Of a stretch of 64,000 nt of DNA, positions 24,861 through 39,184 are shown piece by piece (position 1 is the first letter of the stretch; every line of letters starts with the position of its first letter). Under the pieces are notes generated by a model that saw only the letters and a list, made by a program, of their open reading frames with translations, made no database searches and was not told the DNA's origin. The DNA comes from Octopus sinensis (lineage: Eukaryota). A program made the position numbers and the translations under genes. The stretch is from NCBI RefSeq assembly GCF_006345805.1, contig NC_043009.1, positions 5,642,001-5,706,000 on the forward strand. The letters run 5' to 3'.

Positions 24861-26687
24861 AGAAAGAATATACATACACACACTGACAGAAACACACACA
24901 TACAGACACATTACACGCATACAGATACATAATGAAGTCGATACGTTGAATGTAAGAAATATAAGCTACTCATCATTTTTATATCTGTTAGCGTGTCACT
25001 TGTTTTACGATATTAAACGACTGATACGATTGAAATTGTTGCCTATGAAGTTTCATTGGAAATTTCCATACACAGCAGCACTACGGCTTTGAAAGTACGC
25101 CATTTCTTGTTATCAGAGTTATATGAATCATGTCCCTAGCTTAAGTACAAAGACATATTGAGAATTTTTTCTTCAAAATATTAATTATGGAAATTGAAGG
25201 AATCTTTTGTATAATTAGAACCATATATTTCATAATGGCTGTGCATTTTGCTCCAGGGTCCAGGTGTTTTGGAAGAAAGAAATTGCATCTTTTGCTTCAT
25301 TTAGGACAATTTTCGAGGTATGAATCAACCGTTAAACCTGTTTGCAATGCAGTGTAATTTTGGTTTACATTTTTTTTTTACTCGTTGTTTATTTGTCTTT
25401 TTCCCCATTATTTCCGTAAATATATTTACGGCTGAGAATGCAAACTCATTTTCTATGTAACATTTTAGAGTTTGTCTTGGAATTTTATACTGGTAAGGAA
25501 TAGAACTAACAGAACGGTTCGAAACGCAACCTAAATGAAATAGTAATCTGCATTTCGCTGTAACTTCCTGAGTTTAACATCTACCTAAGCAGATGTTCTT
25601 TATCGCTTTCATAGGATTGACACAATAAATACGTGTATGGTACATATTACATCAATTTAATGGATTTGATTCATCTTCTATAACTATTTTCAATGTTTAC
25701 ATTCGATATTTTATGTAAATATAGAAATTTCCCAGCTTATTTTATACATAAATATTTATATCGTGTGCGCACAACTGTGAATAACATTGATATTGTGCTT
25801 ATCTACAGGTGCATGCTAGCACTGGTTTTGTGGGTCGATACTAAACGGAAAAGGATAACGTTGAAATGTAACATCATCTGTAGCAGTTCTTCTTCAGATG
25901 CATTCTGATCTAAATTCGACTGTGAATATATTTAAAACGTCAGTTTAACAATATATAACACGCTTAAAAAATTATTAAAATTTACGATTGAATATTTTGG
26001 GTAGAAGAATTTATATAGCAAGTTTTTGAATTACTGACGACATATGCCAGTTTTTTTGCCGTTCGACTTTTCCCATTTGCAGTAGTTTCAGAATGTTATC
26101 TGTAGTGTAATTTCAAAGAAATCCACAATGTATTTAATATTTAACGCTAATATTAATTTTGAATTTCCCAAACATATTGGTTGGATATATTCTAAATTTC
26201 CTCTCTTCGAACAAAAACAGCAAGATCCGGATGATTTATCAACATTGATTACTAAGATTATATGAAAATGTTTGAATACGCATGCGCTTACATATATACA
26301 TAATAGATATATATATGACGAGTAGGATATAGAGCCCTCTTAAAGTTGTTACGTGGATTGAAATATGACAAGCGTTGTAGAATAAATTAGACAACCTTCA
26401 TGCAATTGCAGCTATTATATTAATTTTGATCCCTCTTTTAAATTAATTAATCTTAATTGTACCTGACAATATACAATTCGACATCTCAAGTGTGATACAC
26501 ACAGGATATCGGACTTCACTCTAAAATCGCTTCCATGGGAATAATACAGGTTGAATTAGTGCCTAAACTCCAGCGTCAAGAGCAATGTAATATCAGTCAA
26601 TACGTTTGTTCCATTATAATTATACCTCTCTCTCTCTCTTTATCTTATATATATATATATATATATATAATAATATATATATATAAA

Positions 26688-26950
26688 GTATAGGAAAGAA
26701 TGGAGCTGAACGAAGATTTAACAAAATTCCTTTATTTTATTTTCGACATATGTTTCGAAGTCTGCAAAGTCCCTAATTCCGATTGAATAAGGAGTCCGTT
26801 TTGCAGCTTTATCTTCAGGAAAATCCAGGAACTTAATTCTCCAACAAATTAATTCTCCAAGCGTGCCCTTTCTGTTGTGAATTTTTTTGCTACCCAGATA
26901 TCGGTTATCTTTCGAATTATCCGTAATAAGATAATTCATTTATCTACTTC
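26688..26950 (-). mobile_element. Short non-autonomous PLE-pseudo-LTR-like element inside (TA)n
   Basis: Shares gaatggagctgaacg.agatt.aaca and the hammerhead region with 18811-18945. (TA)n on both sides. Confidence 0.7.
26739..26824 (-). ncRNA. Type I hammerhead ribozyme (predicted), diverged homolog
   Basis: Minus strand: ATTTTC-CTGAAGA-t-aaagCTGCAAA...TTTGCAGacttc-GAAAC-ATAT-GTC-GAAAAT. Perfect 6-bp stem I, palindromic stem III (ACATATGT), GUC triplet. The base of stem II is imperfect. Confidence 0.75.
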
Positions 26951-26951
26951 A

Positions 26952-26987
<36 letters not shown>

Positions 26988-27045
26988 ATCTATCTATCTA
27001 TTTGCATGTATGTATGTACACACACACACGTATATTATATTATAT

Positions 27046-27077
<32 letters not shown>

Positions 27078-27333
27078 ATAAGTTCAGTAAAATTTAGATT
27101 CAGTTGAATATGGTACTTAAGTTACGGTATCATCCATATAATTCAAAATGGGGTGATTACAATCAAAATAAGCAACAATGATATCCAGAGGTAATGCAGC
27201 AGGACCGTTTCATGCACTCGATTTAATTGATCAATGCATATATTACATCAGTTTTAAAATGTAGAGCAGGATTCATTTGTATAGTTATTGTATTAACCAA
27301 AATCACAAGGAGGATAAGTATATTTATATAAGT

Positions 27334-27367
<34 letters not shown>

Positions 27368-27485
27368 ATATATATATATATATATAAGTATATATATATA
27401 TATATATAATATATATATATAATATATATACATACATATACATATATATATATATATACTATATATACATATAGAAAGAAGGCAT

Positions 27486-27552
<67 letters not shown>

Positions 27553-27569
27553 CTGTATATATATATATA

Positions 27570-27813
27570 CGAGGTAAGTCAAAAATATCGCCCGATTCAT
27601 GTTTTAGGTTTATATATACATGTCCCCTCTTTTGGGAGATATATTTGCCTCGTAATTCATTCTTTACGTGTTGGGATATCAAAGATTATAAACATTGTGA
27701 TATATGATCCAGATTTAGTTACTCCAAAACCTTTCAGTAAAAACCTGAAAAGATAACAAAACAAAGAAATATATGACTTCCAAGGAATCTAAGCTCTACT
27801 TTTGACACACCTG
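27570..27813. mobile_element. Tc1/mariner-type MITE with degenerate TIRs and TA flanks
   Basis: TA|CGAGGTAAGTCAAAAA at left; right end reverse complement TA|CAGGTGTGTCAAAAG. Confidence 0.5.
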
Positions 27814-28366
27814 TATATATAAAGAGTATGCTTATTCACAAATACATATGTAAGTTTATTCTGTATACATCAATTGAGAAAGAGCGGGAGAAAGAGAAAG
27901 GGAGTGAAGTATTATATTTTGTAGCTATTTAGTTGCTGAAGGTATTTACATGTATTCTGGCATCTATCAACTCATTGACAAGCGACAACACAATATTGCA
28001 CATAACATTCACGTCACTTTAATATATGAACGCAAGCGGGAAATAAAATGGTACTTAATTTACATAAACGAAAGAAAGTAGTTCATCTGTGAAACTTGAT
28101 CGTTCACATTATCATTTATCAATCAACAATATGATGGGGGTGTTCTTATACACCGAGAAGTCCAGTTATAGATAAATTAATAGTCTTATGTCTCAGTACC
28201 GTCTGAAAAATCTGTAGGATAAAATTGTAGCAAAGACGCCATTTAAATTATTGTGGCAGACTCAGTGCTAAAAAACAAAAAAAAAAAAAACATTAGCCAT
28301 GTGTGGTTCGAAAGAAAGAAGCACCTTGATAGGTAAATACTAGAAAATATGAGAATATATATATAT

Positions 28367-28403
<37 letters not shown>

Positions 28404-28699
28404 GGTCCGAGATAACAGTTTGTGCTGGTCACTATGGGTCTTGGTTGAGGTGCTCATTTGTGGTCTAAGCAGAATCCCTACCTCGTCGCCGACCGATGCT
28501 TTCACATAATTTCACAGTTCACAATGAGAATATCGTGTTATCCCGAATCAATGAGGAATTAATTAGTGACAAAGGAGGATAGATGGATTATGTGATAACA
28601 AATATATCTCTCATTAGCAAGGATCCTTCGAATTTCATAGGTTTGCTTCTTTTAAGTATTTCGTATGTTTCTTGCTGCTTGTGATATCGGTTTCCAATT

Positions 28700-29445
28700 T
28701 TGGTACTAAACCGGTATTTTCGGGAAAGGGGCTAAGTCAGTGGCGTTGACTCCAGTGCTCTGCTGGTACCTATTTTAAGGATGAAAGGCAAAGTCGACCT
28801 CGGCGGTATTTTGAACACGGAACATGCAGTCTGACGAAATGCTGCTAAGCATTTTGCTCCACGTGTTACCAATTCTGCCAGCTTTCTGTCTTCTTACCGC
28901 TTGTAATATTACCTGTGTAAGGCAGTAACGTGGCAGAAACGCTAGCGCGCCAGGCGAAATGCTTAACGGGATTTCGTCTGTCCTTACTTTCTGAGTTCAA
29001 AATCCGCCGAGGTCGACTTTGCGTTTTATCATTTCGTGGTCGGTAAATTGCGTACTGGAGTCGATTTAATCAACTGGACTGCCCCCACCACCACAAAAAA
29101 AATTTTTGGTCCCGTGTACGCAACTGGCACTTAATTTATCGACCCCGAAAGGATAAAAAGCAAAGGCGACCTCGGCGGAATTTGAACTCAGAACGGAAAC
29201 ACAGGCGAAATACCTATTTCTTAACTACCCACAAAGGGGCTAAACACAGAGAGGACAAACAAGGACAGACAAACGAATTAAGTCGATTATATTGACCCCA
29301 GTGCGTAAGTGGTACTTATTTAATCGACCTCGAAAGGATGAAAGGAAAAGTCGACCTCGGCGTAATTTGAACTCAGAACGTAGCGGCAGACGAAATACCG
29401 CCAAGCAGTTCGCCCGGCGTGCTAAAGTTTCTGCCAGCTCGCCGC
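28700..29445. mobile_element. Cluster of four SINE family C copies (Deu/Nin-domain-like)
   Basis: Copies at ~28700-28885 (-), 28918-29115 (+), 29115-29215 (-, partial) and 29215-29445 (-). Core gaggtcgactttgcctttcatcctttcggggtcgataaat resembles the Deu/Nin domain; B box gagttcaaattcc. Confidence 0.8.
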
Positions 29446-29823
29446 ATTACATCTTAGATAATATTGCCATAAAAACGTGAATATAGTCTGTTCTGGCTTT
29501 GGTTCTCATAAGTGATACTGGGTTATCAGCATGGATAAGGCTGTGGTCTATATGGCCATCTTCTGTCTGTCTCATATCATGTTACTCTATATTTAAATGC
29601 CTGACGAGTGAGGTTCGTTTTATGAGCCTAGGAAACTTTGTGTTGCAGGAAAGTGCATCAACCTGCTGGTAAATGATATATATATATATGTGTATGTGTG
29701 TGTGTGTACTTGTTTATGTGTGTTTGTGTGTGTGTGGGTGTGTATGTATATAGATATGTGTGCAGTTCCTTCTTTGTATGCGTGTGTATAAGTATCTGTA
29801 CACACACATACACCCTCCCCCCC

Positions 29824-29854
<31 letters not shown>

Positions 29855-29872
29855 ATATATATGTTGCATAAA

Positions 29873-30268
29873 TCTTTATATATAAAAGTGAGGTTGTGTG
29901 CTGTCTGTCTCCTACGATTTAGATTCCTAACTACTCCCACATTTTGCGGTGCAGTTTAACCAAAACCGGGTATCTTATAGTCGTGATTCATATCGAGCCC
30001 TTCTGGGTATTAGCGCGCGTCTACGATGAGTATACGATTTAAAAACAAATTTACCATCAATTTTTCCCATGTTTAATGCATTTTGGGCATATATAAGGGA
30101 AGTAACTCTCTAAAAATTTATTATTAAATCTCAGAAAGTAAAAAGCTACAGTACCCCCCCCCCTTTGTGGTTAGCCATATTGAGATGGCTATTATACTTT
30201 ACATCTCTAAAAATGCGTATATAGTTATTTCCCTTACAAACCCGAGCAACGCCGGGCGATACGGATAG
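29873..30268 (+). mobile_element. Non-autonomous Helitron
   Basis: 5' A|TCTTTATATATAAAAG, subterminal hairpin CCCGAGCAACGCCGGG, 3' ATAG|T (degenerate CTAG), inserted between A and T. Confidence 0.7.
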
Positions 30269-31637
30269 TATGTATATATAAATAGACATAATGCACCTGT
30301 GCTTGAGTTATTTTTATAACGAATACATATACAGGTAGATGTAAAACGATATCTTATATTTTTTCAGTTTGATTATCTGTTGTTGATTTATAAGAAAATA
30401 TGAATGTATACACGTAGAAAATGGTTGATGAATACTGTTTCAAAAAACAATAAGGAAAGAAATATACATAAAAAAAAACTGCGAGAAAACTGAAATACAA
30501 TGAAGCATAATCTGAATGTTTGGTAAGGAGCTTTTTAAATCTACTTTATATCACTGTAAACTGACAATATTAATTCGTTATTAATATGAGATTTGAGAAA
30601 ATAAATATTTATACAATAAATAGTTTTTAAAAAATACGTATATGAAAATATATAGTGAAGATAAGAAAACAACAATAAGAACAACATAGAAAACATAATA
30701 AAATAATATAGTCATTATCTTTTAGAAAGCAAGTAATTACAAACCTTGAAATAAGAGAAAATGATAAAAAATAAACAATTAAAATAGTAGTAAAATTGAA
30801 ATAATATAAAACCACATTGAAATAAGAATATTTAATAAAATCATAAAAATTAAAGAAAAGTATACGTAAAAAAGTAAAAATAAATAATGAAATGAAGGAT
30901 ATAAATGACAAAATCATTTCCTCGGCAACAGTAATTGCGTTGTCATAAACAGATAAAATTTCAAACTCCCCTATCAGCTAATTTGCATATTTTAGCCCTG
31001 TCATATCTGAGTAGAAGATTAAAATACGTATTAGACATGATTGTAAATGATGGGGGTTTATTCTCTTACTTTCAGTGAAAGTGAAGGGGGGTGGAGGAGG
31101 AAACAGAAGGAAATTGATGCCGCCGCAAATATCATCATTTCTATGACAGTTAAAAATGTTTTGATGATAGGAATAGATGAATATTCAAAGGAGTTTGACC
31201 TCACATGCTGTGAGTATGTTTACTGTAGTAAACGAAGCAAGAGGAAGATGTAAGAAGATGTAAGAGCAAAAAAAGTAAAAAAGAAAAAAATTCCAAGTGA
31301 AATAACAAAAAGAAAGAATGAAAGAAAGAAGTGAAGAATTTCAATACTGTTTAAAACATCGCTTGATGAAGACACGAGCAAAACGTGAAGAAAATTTGGA
31401 AATAATTATATAAGGGTGCCTCAAAATACTTGTTACCCGATTCAAATGATTCCTATGATTTCAATATATAAGACGTATGGAATTATGTATGCATGTATAT
31501 ACATATATATATATATTTATGTTTATATATAATTATACATGTGTGCATGCGCATACGCATGTATGTCAATGCAATTGGCTGTATATATATATATATGTGT
31601 GTGTGTGGGTGGGTGTTGTATATATGTATATTTGTAT

Positions 31638-31673
<36 letters not shown>

Positions 31674-31714
31674 CATACACACACGCACATATATATATAT
31701 ATTTATATGTGTAT

Positions 31715-31746
<32 letters not shown>

Positions 31747-33000
31747 ATATATATATATCTTGAGAGGAAGACAAACAGACAAATAGACAGGTAAGTAGAT
31801 AGATAGATAGATAGAGAAATAAATAAATGCATATATTTATTAAAGATGTGTGTGTGTGTGTGTGCGTGTGAATAAATGTATTGTAGTCTTTTAAAATTGA
31901 GCCTTATAGTTTATCATATCCACACATATCAAGCAATATACCTACGCATATGGTATCAATAGACGAATTACATATACCATATGTATATGGCTGTGCAAGT
32001 ACGCACGAAAATGCATTAAAGCAATTCAAATGAGTCACATCTACAAACTGTCCAAAACAAATACACACCTGTTCGCGTTTTTGTATATAATGCATATATA
32101 TGTATGTATTTATGCATCTATATATGAATACATGCATGTATGTATATATGTAAATATGTAAGCATACATGTACGTATGGATGGATGTATGATTGGATGTA
32201 TGTATGAATAAATGTACGAATATACGTATGGATGTACGTATGTACGATTGCCTGCATGTGTGTATGCATGCATTGTTGATGTATGTATTTACATATGTTA
32301 ATCCGCGTGTATAAGACTATAATTATATTCATACCTCTGTATGCTTACGCGTATGAATGTTTTAAATTTTATTTATGACTAAATTATAACCTTTCAAGCA
32401 AAATCCACTTTTGCAGCTTCCTAATTACCTATATACAGATCTATATATTTATGTACAATTCTAGTTGTGTATATTTCTTTATTTACGCGTGTGCATGTTA
32501 TTATGAAGCAGCGTGTATTTTTAAGTGAATGTACTTTGTATTTCTAGAAGTAAACATTTTACTGTAATATTCCCCTGGCCTTCTATAGTTTCACATGTAT
32601 TCTCTCTGTGTATCGTTATGCACAGACTATGCAGAAAATGCTCTATTTATTGTTTGTATCGTAGTTTCTTACTACTTTAATAAAAATAGATCCCTATTAA
32701 TTCGTGATGATTAATTTATTCTTTTAGTCGCGTTTTTGTTGTGTGATTTGTTTAAATGATACGTATTCCAGTATGTGAGACACAGAACATTCTTCTCATT
32801 GCATTATATTGGAAATTACTGAGTATAAAGCATCAACATTCATTACCATATTCCGTATATAGATTCACCATGACACAGTACATAAGATGACTTGTCCTTT
32901 GAGTTGCAGGTACAACTCATCCGGAGTTCACATCTAATCAATTTTACTCAAAAGATTTGGGTTCTCCCAATTGTATTTATGGAAAGAAGTGACCAAAAAA

Positions 33001-33071
33001 TCACGGCGTAGGATCGAACCAAGAACCTCCTAATTTACAAGCGCACTTCTTATCCAGTTATCTATGCTTGG
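33001..33071 (-). pseudogene. tRNA-like relic (Thr TGT-like), or SINE head
   Basis: Minus strand ccaagcatagataactggataagaagtgcgcttgtaaattaggaggttcttggttcgatcctacgccgtga, with B box GGTTCGATCC and a T-run immediately after. Stems pair poorly. Confidence 0.4.
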
Positions 33072-33198
33072 TTTAAATTCAAACGTTTTCCTGTTGAACA
33101 TTCTGCATGTAGAATATTTAAATATCACTACTTTCGGTCAGAATTGACAAAGAATGTGTTTGACAGGATCAAGCAAACAAATTTCGTCGCACCATTAA

Positions 33199-33412
33199 CC
33201 CTTTAACATTCGGATTACTCTGTCGAACGTAATGCTCATTTATTTATATTGCTCTGAATTGATTACCTATTATCTAGTAGCATCAAGTTATCGATATAAT
33301 TGCTTATTTTTGTAATGACATTGTAGGATAGAGAGAGGCCAGATGTGGCCGCTTTGAACATACAACCGATAGAGTATTTAGGCCGGATATGGCCTATTTA
33401 AATGCTAAATGG
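33199..33412. mobile_element. piggyBac-type MITE
   Basis: TTAA|CCCTTTAACATT at left and AATGCTAAATGG|TTAG at right. Confidence 0.7.
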
Positions 33413-34220
33413 TTAGAATATGAGGTGTGTGTATGAACGTGAAGCCTTGTTAATAAATTATTTAGAAATTATAATCCTAACTTATTATATTAAATATATT
33501 AGCGATAGTTCTCCGTAATTAAATTATTCCCATATGCAAGTGATCCAGCGGAGAATACCGAAGCAATATCTACTCTAATATGAACTGACTATTGTTGCAG
33601 ACACATAGAATAGTATTTTCATACGTTAAATTTATTGAACTTCAGCATAATCCTATCAAATTGTAAAGAACAGCAGTGACATACACAAGCATCATCAGAG
33701 CCCCTGAAAAGAAACAGTGTACAAAACAGAATACAAATGTTGTGCAGAACCTAACTCATTGCTCTCATTCAGATATAGTTCTCAAATAAGCCTCTAGTTT
33801 CATCACTTAATAAAAATGTTCGAGAAGGGCAATTTTTTAATTCCGCTGAAAGTTTAAACATAGGTTATGTTTATGTGCTCAAATGAATAAGAACTTTCAA
33901 GGAAATTGAAGCTGTTTAGAATACAGCTATAAATGAAATTTTAGATTTTAATATCAAACTTACTAACGCTACAGCATTACATGACATTGCTCCAGTTTTA
34001 GCTAAATTAAACACGGTTACAAGAATTTACTTTTCACTCATATTTTTTGTCTTTCGTTCTAAATAAAATTGTTGTAAAAGGATCCGAACATCTTTCGGCA
34101 TATCAAGTATTACCGATTCACTAACAGCTGATGAATTGCAATATCATTTTTAGAAAGTGACTTGAAATAGTCCATATCTTTAAGCTACATTTTGTAAAGT
34201 ATACACGTATGCTAAACTTT

Positions 34221-34420
34221 CGCTTCGTAGCACGCCGGGCGAAATGCTTAGCGGTATTTCGTCTGCTGTTACGTTCTGAGTTCAAATTCCGCCGATGTCG
34301 ACTTTGCTTTTCATCCTTTCGAAGTCGATAAATCAAGTAGCAGTTATTTACTGGGGTCGATGTAATCGATTGTCTCCCTCCCCCCAAATTTCGTCCCTTG
34401 TGCCTGGAGTAGAAAAGAAT
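34221..34420 (+). mobile_element. SINE family C (Deu/Nin-like), 5'-truncated
   Basis: agcacgccgggcgaaatgcttagcggtatttcgtc...gagttcaaattccgccgatgtcgactttgcttttcatcctttcgaagtcgataaat. Confidence 0.85.
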
Positions 34421-34602
34421 ATCATTTTTAGAATGTGACTTGAAACAGTCCATATCTTTAAGGTAAATTGCGCCTCGTAAGTTTAATGTTATATATGGCT
34501 TACAAATTTAAATACACATTGTATTTACATTCGCTATTACATATTAAGTGTTGACGCTTCTCGTATAACTACTACACACATATGTATATATTATATAACA
34601 TT

Positions 34603-34846
34603 ATCTCAGACCGGGCGATGTGTGTGTTTATGAGAGAAAACACCTAAGCTCCACGCGGCTCCGGCAGCAGGTAATGGCGAACTTCTGCTGACTCTTTCAC
34701 CACAACTTTCTCTCACTCTTTCCTCCTGCATCTTGCAGCTCACCTGCGACGGACCGGCGTCCCGTCCAGGTGGGTAACCTATATGTCAAGGAAACCGGGG
34801 AAACCGGCCCTTATGAGCCAGGCATGGTTCGAGAAGGAACAAACAT
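34603..34846 (+). mobile_element. SINE family B (V-like), 5'-truncated
   Basis: Collinear with 5515-5760, including gcgacggaccggcgtcccgtccaggtg. Confidence 0.8.
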
Positions 34847-35456
34847 ATAACATTATGCTTTGTGTAGTTGAGTCGACTTTACAAGTCAAGTACAGGTTTA
34901 CAGGCATGGAAAATCTCAGTTACACTAGAGTGTTCCAGTAGCTTCGAAATATGTTATTTTGCCGAAATATGACGCAGGTTCTCTTTCATTTTAGTAATTT
35001 TAAAGTTTCTAAATAAGGATCTCTTAAATCAACAAATAAACTAACTAAATTCTCCGTCTCTAAAATCCCTAAGACCTCTAAGATGATGTGATATTGGAGA
35101 TCCGGCGCAAATGACAGACGATTCTTGTCTGCTACGGACTATGTGTGTGCTTTTATGTATCAAAGGCTGTATGAAAGGATTTTTCATGGTTAATGACGCG
35201 GTTTTCGGAGTTCTAACAAGTCTTCCATGTTAATTTGGATATAAAGATGACCTTTTATAAGTTCGTAATAAATATTTAGAAATATTTAGCAGTAGGATAT
35301 ATATTCAGCTGTCGAGAAATAAATTTTTCAGGTGACAAATTGTTGTTGATGTATGTCAATTCATGTACTTTTATTATCCTGCTGCGCATTATAGATGTAA
35401 AAGTAGTATACCTGTATACATACACACACATACACACACTTATGAATGTGTGCAAC

Positions 35457-35498
<42 letters not shown>

Positions 35499-36247
35499 TA
35501 TGTCTGTGCATTCTACTTATACACTTGCACTTACACATACACAAGCAAAACTTACACGCACACACACACACACACACACTTTTGGATATGGTGTAGCATA
35601 CTCTAAACAAATTTATATTTCATTTTCTTTGGTAAACAAAACACAACGTATGAGAACATAGGCAAGCACAAACACACACACGATCAAATACACATGCGCA
35701 AACACAAGGAGACATACACATGAACCAGGCTTACATATCTAATTAATCTACTCTTAAATAAGTTATAGTATACTACATTTTTTTCTTTATTTTCCGAGGA
35801 AAAAAAACACTAGCGTTATCCTTGGTGAACATCAAAGCAAACTCAGACATCCGGAAAGCCTGACCTTATTATATAAAATCTAGCTTCTTATTTGGAGCAG
35901 CTAATATCAGGAGCAGTAGCATTGACCTTTTCTTTGATATTTTCAACTGTTCTAAATATCTTCTTTTTTAAAATAAAATTGTTTTGTGGCCCAGATATTA
36001 CATGTAGGTATTTTTATTATCCACCACGTCAGAGAAGTAAAAGTAAGTGTAAAAAAGTGTAAGAAAAAATTAAGTGTAAAAAAAATTGCAACACAAGAAC
36101 GAACTAAGCTATCTTATTCCTTTTTGTATTTAGTTGCGATAAATATAACAATTGAGACTTTACAGACACACACACATACACACACAATAATATATATGTA
36201 TATATATATATGCATCATATACGTAGGTATATGAATACATATTTAAA

Positions 36248-36278
<31 letters not shown>

Positions 36279-36294
36279 CACTTATATGCATATG

Positions 36295-36342
<48 letters not shown>

Positions 36343-36748
36343 GTATGTGTATTTATATTATGAGTATATATGTTGCGTATATATGTATTCATATAATCAT
36401 AAATGTCATGGCACACGCTTCGCTTGACCGACAACTTTGTTCAATTCTAAGGGTCATTTAATAAGCTCCGTCTCTCACATATACAAACATCAAAGAGACC
36501 CAATGAGACATATATCTAAAAACTTACTCATACAAGCGGAACATTTCTTAAAGACTTTACAAACGTCGTTCAGATTTATGTTCAATTTCTGTACTGGTTG
36601 TTCGTATGAGTTTTGATGGTAATTCTCTGGTGACAAACACAAAAATATATAAATTGAACGGAAATTCCTTATATGTACATTAAAGATGAAACAGTAGATT
36701 GATTAAACATTAAATAAACTTGTAAAACATATACACAATTGTTTAAGA

Positions 36749-36790
<42 letters not shown>

Positions 36791-37097
36791 ATACGTATAT
36801 GTTATATACATATATAAATGTATGTATGTGTATAGTGTGTGTATTTGCCGTTTTTTTATCTGTACGTCTGTGTGCGTATCTGTTTTGTAGGCCATGTATA
36901 TCAGCAAATATCTTTCTATACTGTGTATCTGAGTATTAACTAAAAGACGAAATACTTAACAGCCTGTATGTATTTGCGTTTCTTCTACATGGCTGTTCAA
37001 AAATAGATGTTTCTCCACCCATCTCTTTTTCTATCTCAGTACATTAAAAACTGGTAAATACACACACACACACATACAATACACACACATATGTATG

Positions 37098-37145
<48 letters not shown>

Positions 37146-37559
37146 ATGTGTGTGTGTATGTGTGTGTGTGTATGAGTGTGTGTGTGTATGTATATATGTA
37201 TGTATGGATATATATATATATATGATATTTTATGGTGAAGACACTGTACTGTAAGCTTTTTTTACCACAACGATCGTTTCGACGTACATCTGCACTGGTT
37301 CCTTGTGGATGGGGAAAGATGGAATGGAATCAAATACACTACACAGCGCAGAAATGACTCCATCAAGGCACAGAATACGTTACAGTGCTCTTATATATAA
37401 TATGAACATTTCGCTACTGTGTAGCAGGATGCTGTTGGCACGATGCGTGCGTTTATATTAGTTCGCAAATCTATTAATGAGGAAGGCGGTTTGGCATATT
37501 TTCAAGGAGTGGTGATTAAAGAATGCAAAGAAACAACATTTTTTATTCTTTTGTTTACA

Positions 37560-38060
37560 CCTTTCTACCTACTGATTCACGAATCCGCACCAAAGACTTT
37601 GCCTCCTTATTTTATCTTCGAACTACTATAAACACACGCATCATAACAGCACCATCCTGACACAGAGTAGCGAAATGTACATATTATGATATTAACGAAT
37701 TATGTAACCTGTTGAAGTTTCGTCTGCACTATGGGGTGCAATCGATTCCATTATATCTTTGCCTACTCACAAGTGCCGATGTAAGCCGAAACGATCGTCG
37801 TGATAAATAAGCTTACAGCACACTCTGCCTTCCTTCTCAACTACATACTGTTCACGGGATTATCTCTCTGCACTCTGCACCAACAGCATATCTGCCAACT
37901 TTGTGCCAAAACTGCTTTGAGCTGACGAGAAACACACTCGAGTTTGAGTTCCACATGTTCTTGACTGACTCAAACGATTAAAATTTTTGAAAACTATGCT
38001 TAGACCTCTGAGCAGCCATCACCAAGATTAATTCAAATTCTCTGCTCAACTGCCTCTGCC
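37560..38060 (-). pseudogene. Highly degenerate mariner transposase N-terminal region
   Basis: Minus-strand fragments EQRI*I..LGDGCSEV, TQTRV and HDDRFG resemble the mariner EQR.CIKF...LG...TE, SRTRV and EDD.RSGRP motifs. Confidence 0.45.
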
Positions 38061-38331
38061 ATGGTCAATGCGACGATCACACGCTACACACGTTCCTTCC
38101 AAGAGCTGCTGTAAACAGCGGAAGTGAGCTGGAGCGTTAACGCTTACTGCGCCTGTACAGCAGCGTTCAAAATAAATATGTGCCAAGCAGCTTCACTCTG
38201 CGGGTTGTAGCGTCATTACTATGGCAACAGTCCTGATACTTATTGATCAGACTACATATATACGTGCATCTATGGATTATAAATATAATATAATATATAC
38301 ATACAAACATACATACATACATATATACATT

Positions 38332-38380
<49 letters not shown>

Positions 38381-39089
38381 TATATATATGTATATATGTA
38401 TATATGTATATATATATACATATATATATATACATATACATATATATATATATACATGTATGTATATATGTATGTATGTATGTATATATATATATATATA
38501 ATATATATAATATATATATATATAATATATATATATTACTTTGTATATTTGATTTATATTGCAATATCCTACTGTAGATTAAGAGCGAATATAAACATAT
38601 TCCATATCTGGTTTTGCTGTGTGGAAAGGATTTCCTGACAGGAATTTTCACGGTTTGTTAACCTTTCCACTGAGTACATTAATCAGCTTACTTCATTAAT
38701 GAACTGGAGAGTTCCGCCGCTTATTAACAGCTGCAAATCAGAACAATGCATGAGGGAATAACATGTCTTATCTATTTGCATTGCTATATTTTGCAACTGT
38801 TAAATTTTACGAATGTGTGTGTTTGTGTGTATGTACATTCTATGTGGGTGGGTGTGCATGTAATATATGGATATGCGTGAGTGTAAGTGCGTGTACATAT
38901 CTGTTTGTGTATATAAACATGTGTGTGTATGTGAGTGTGTGTGTCTGTAAATGTGTACGTGTCTATGTTTAATTGTAACTAATTTTGTCACATATATATA
39001 TATATATATATATAATATTAATAATATATACATGCATATATATATATACATATATACGTATAGGTACATACTTACATCAATACGTATAT

Positions 39090-39164
<75 letters not shown>

Positions 39165-39184
39165 CATATACATATATATATGCA

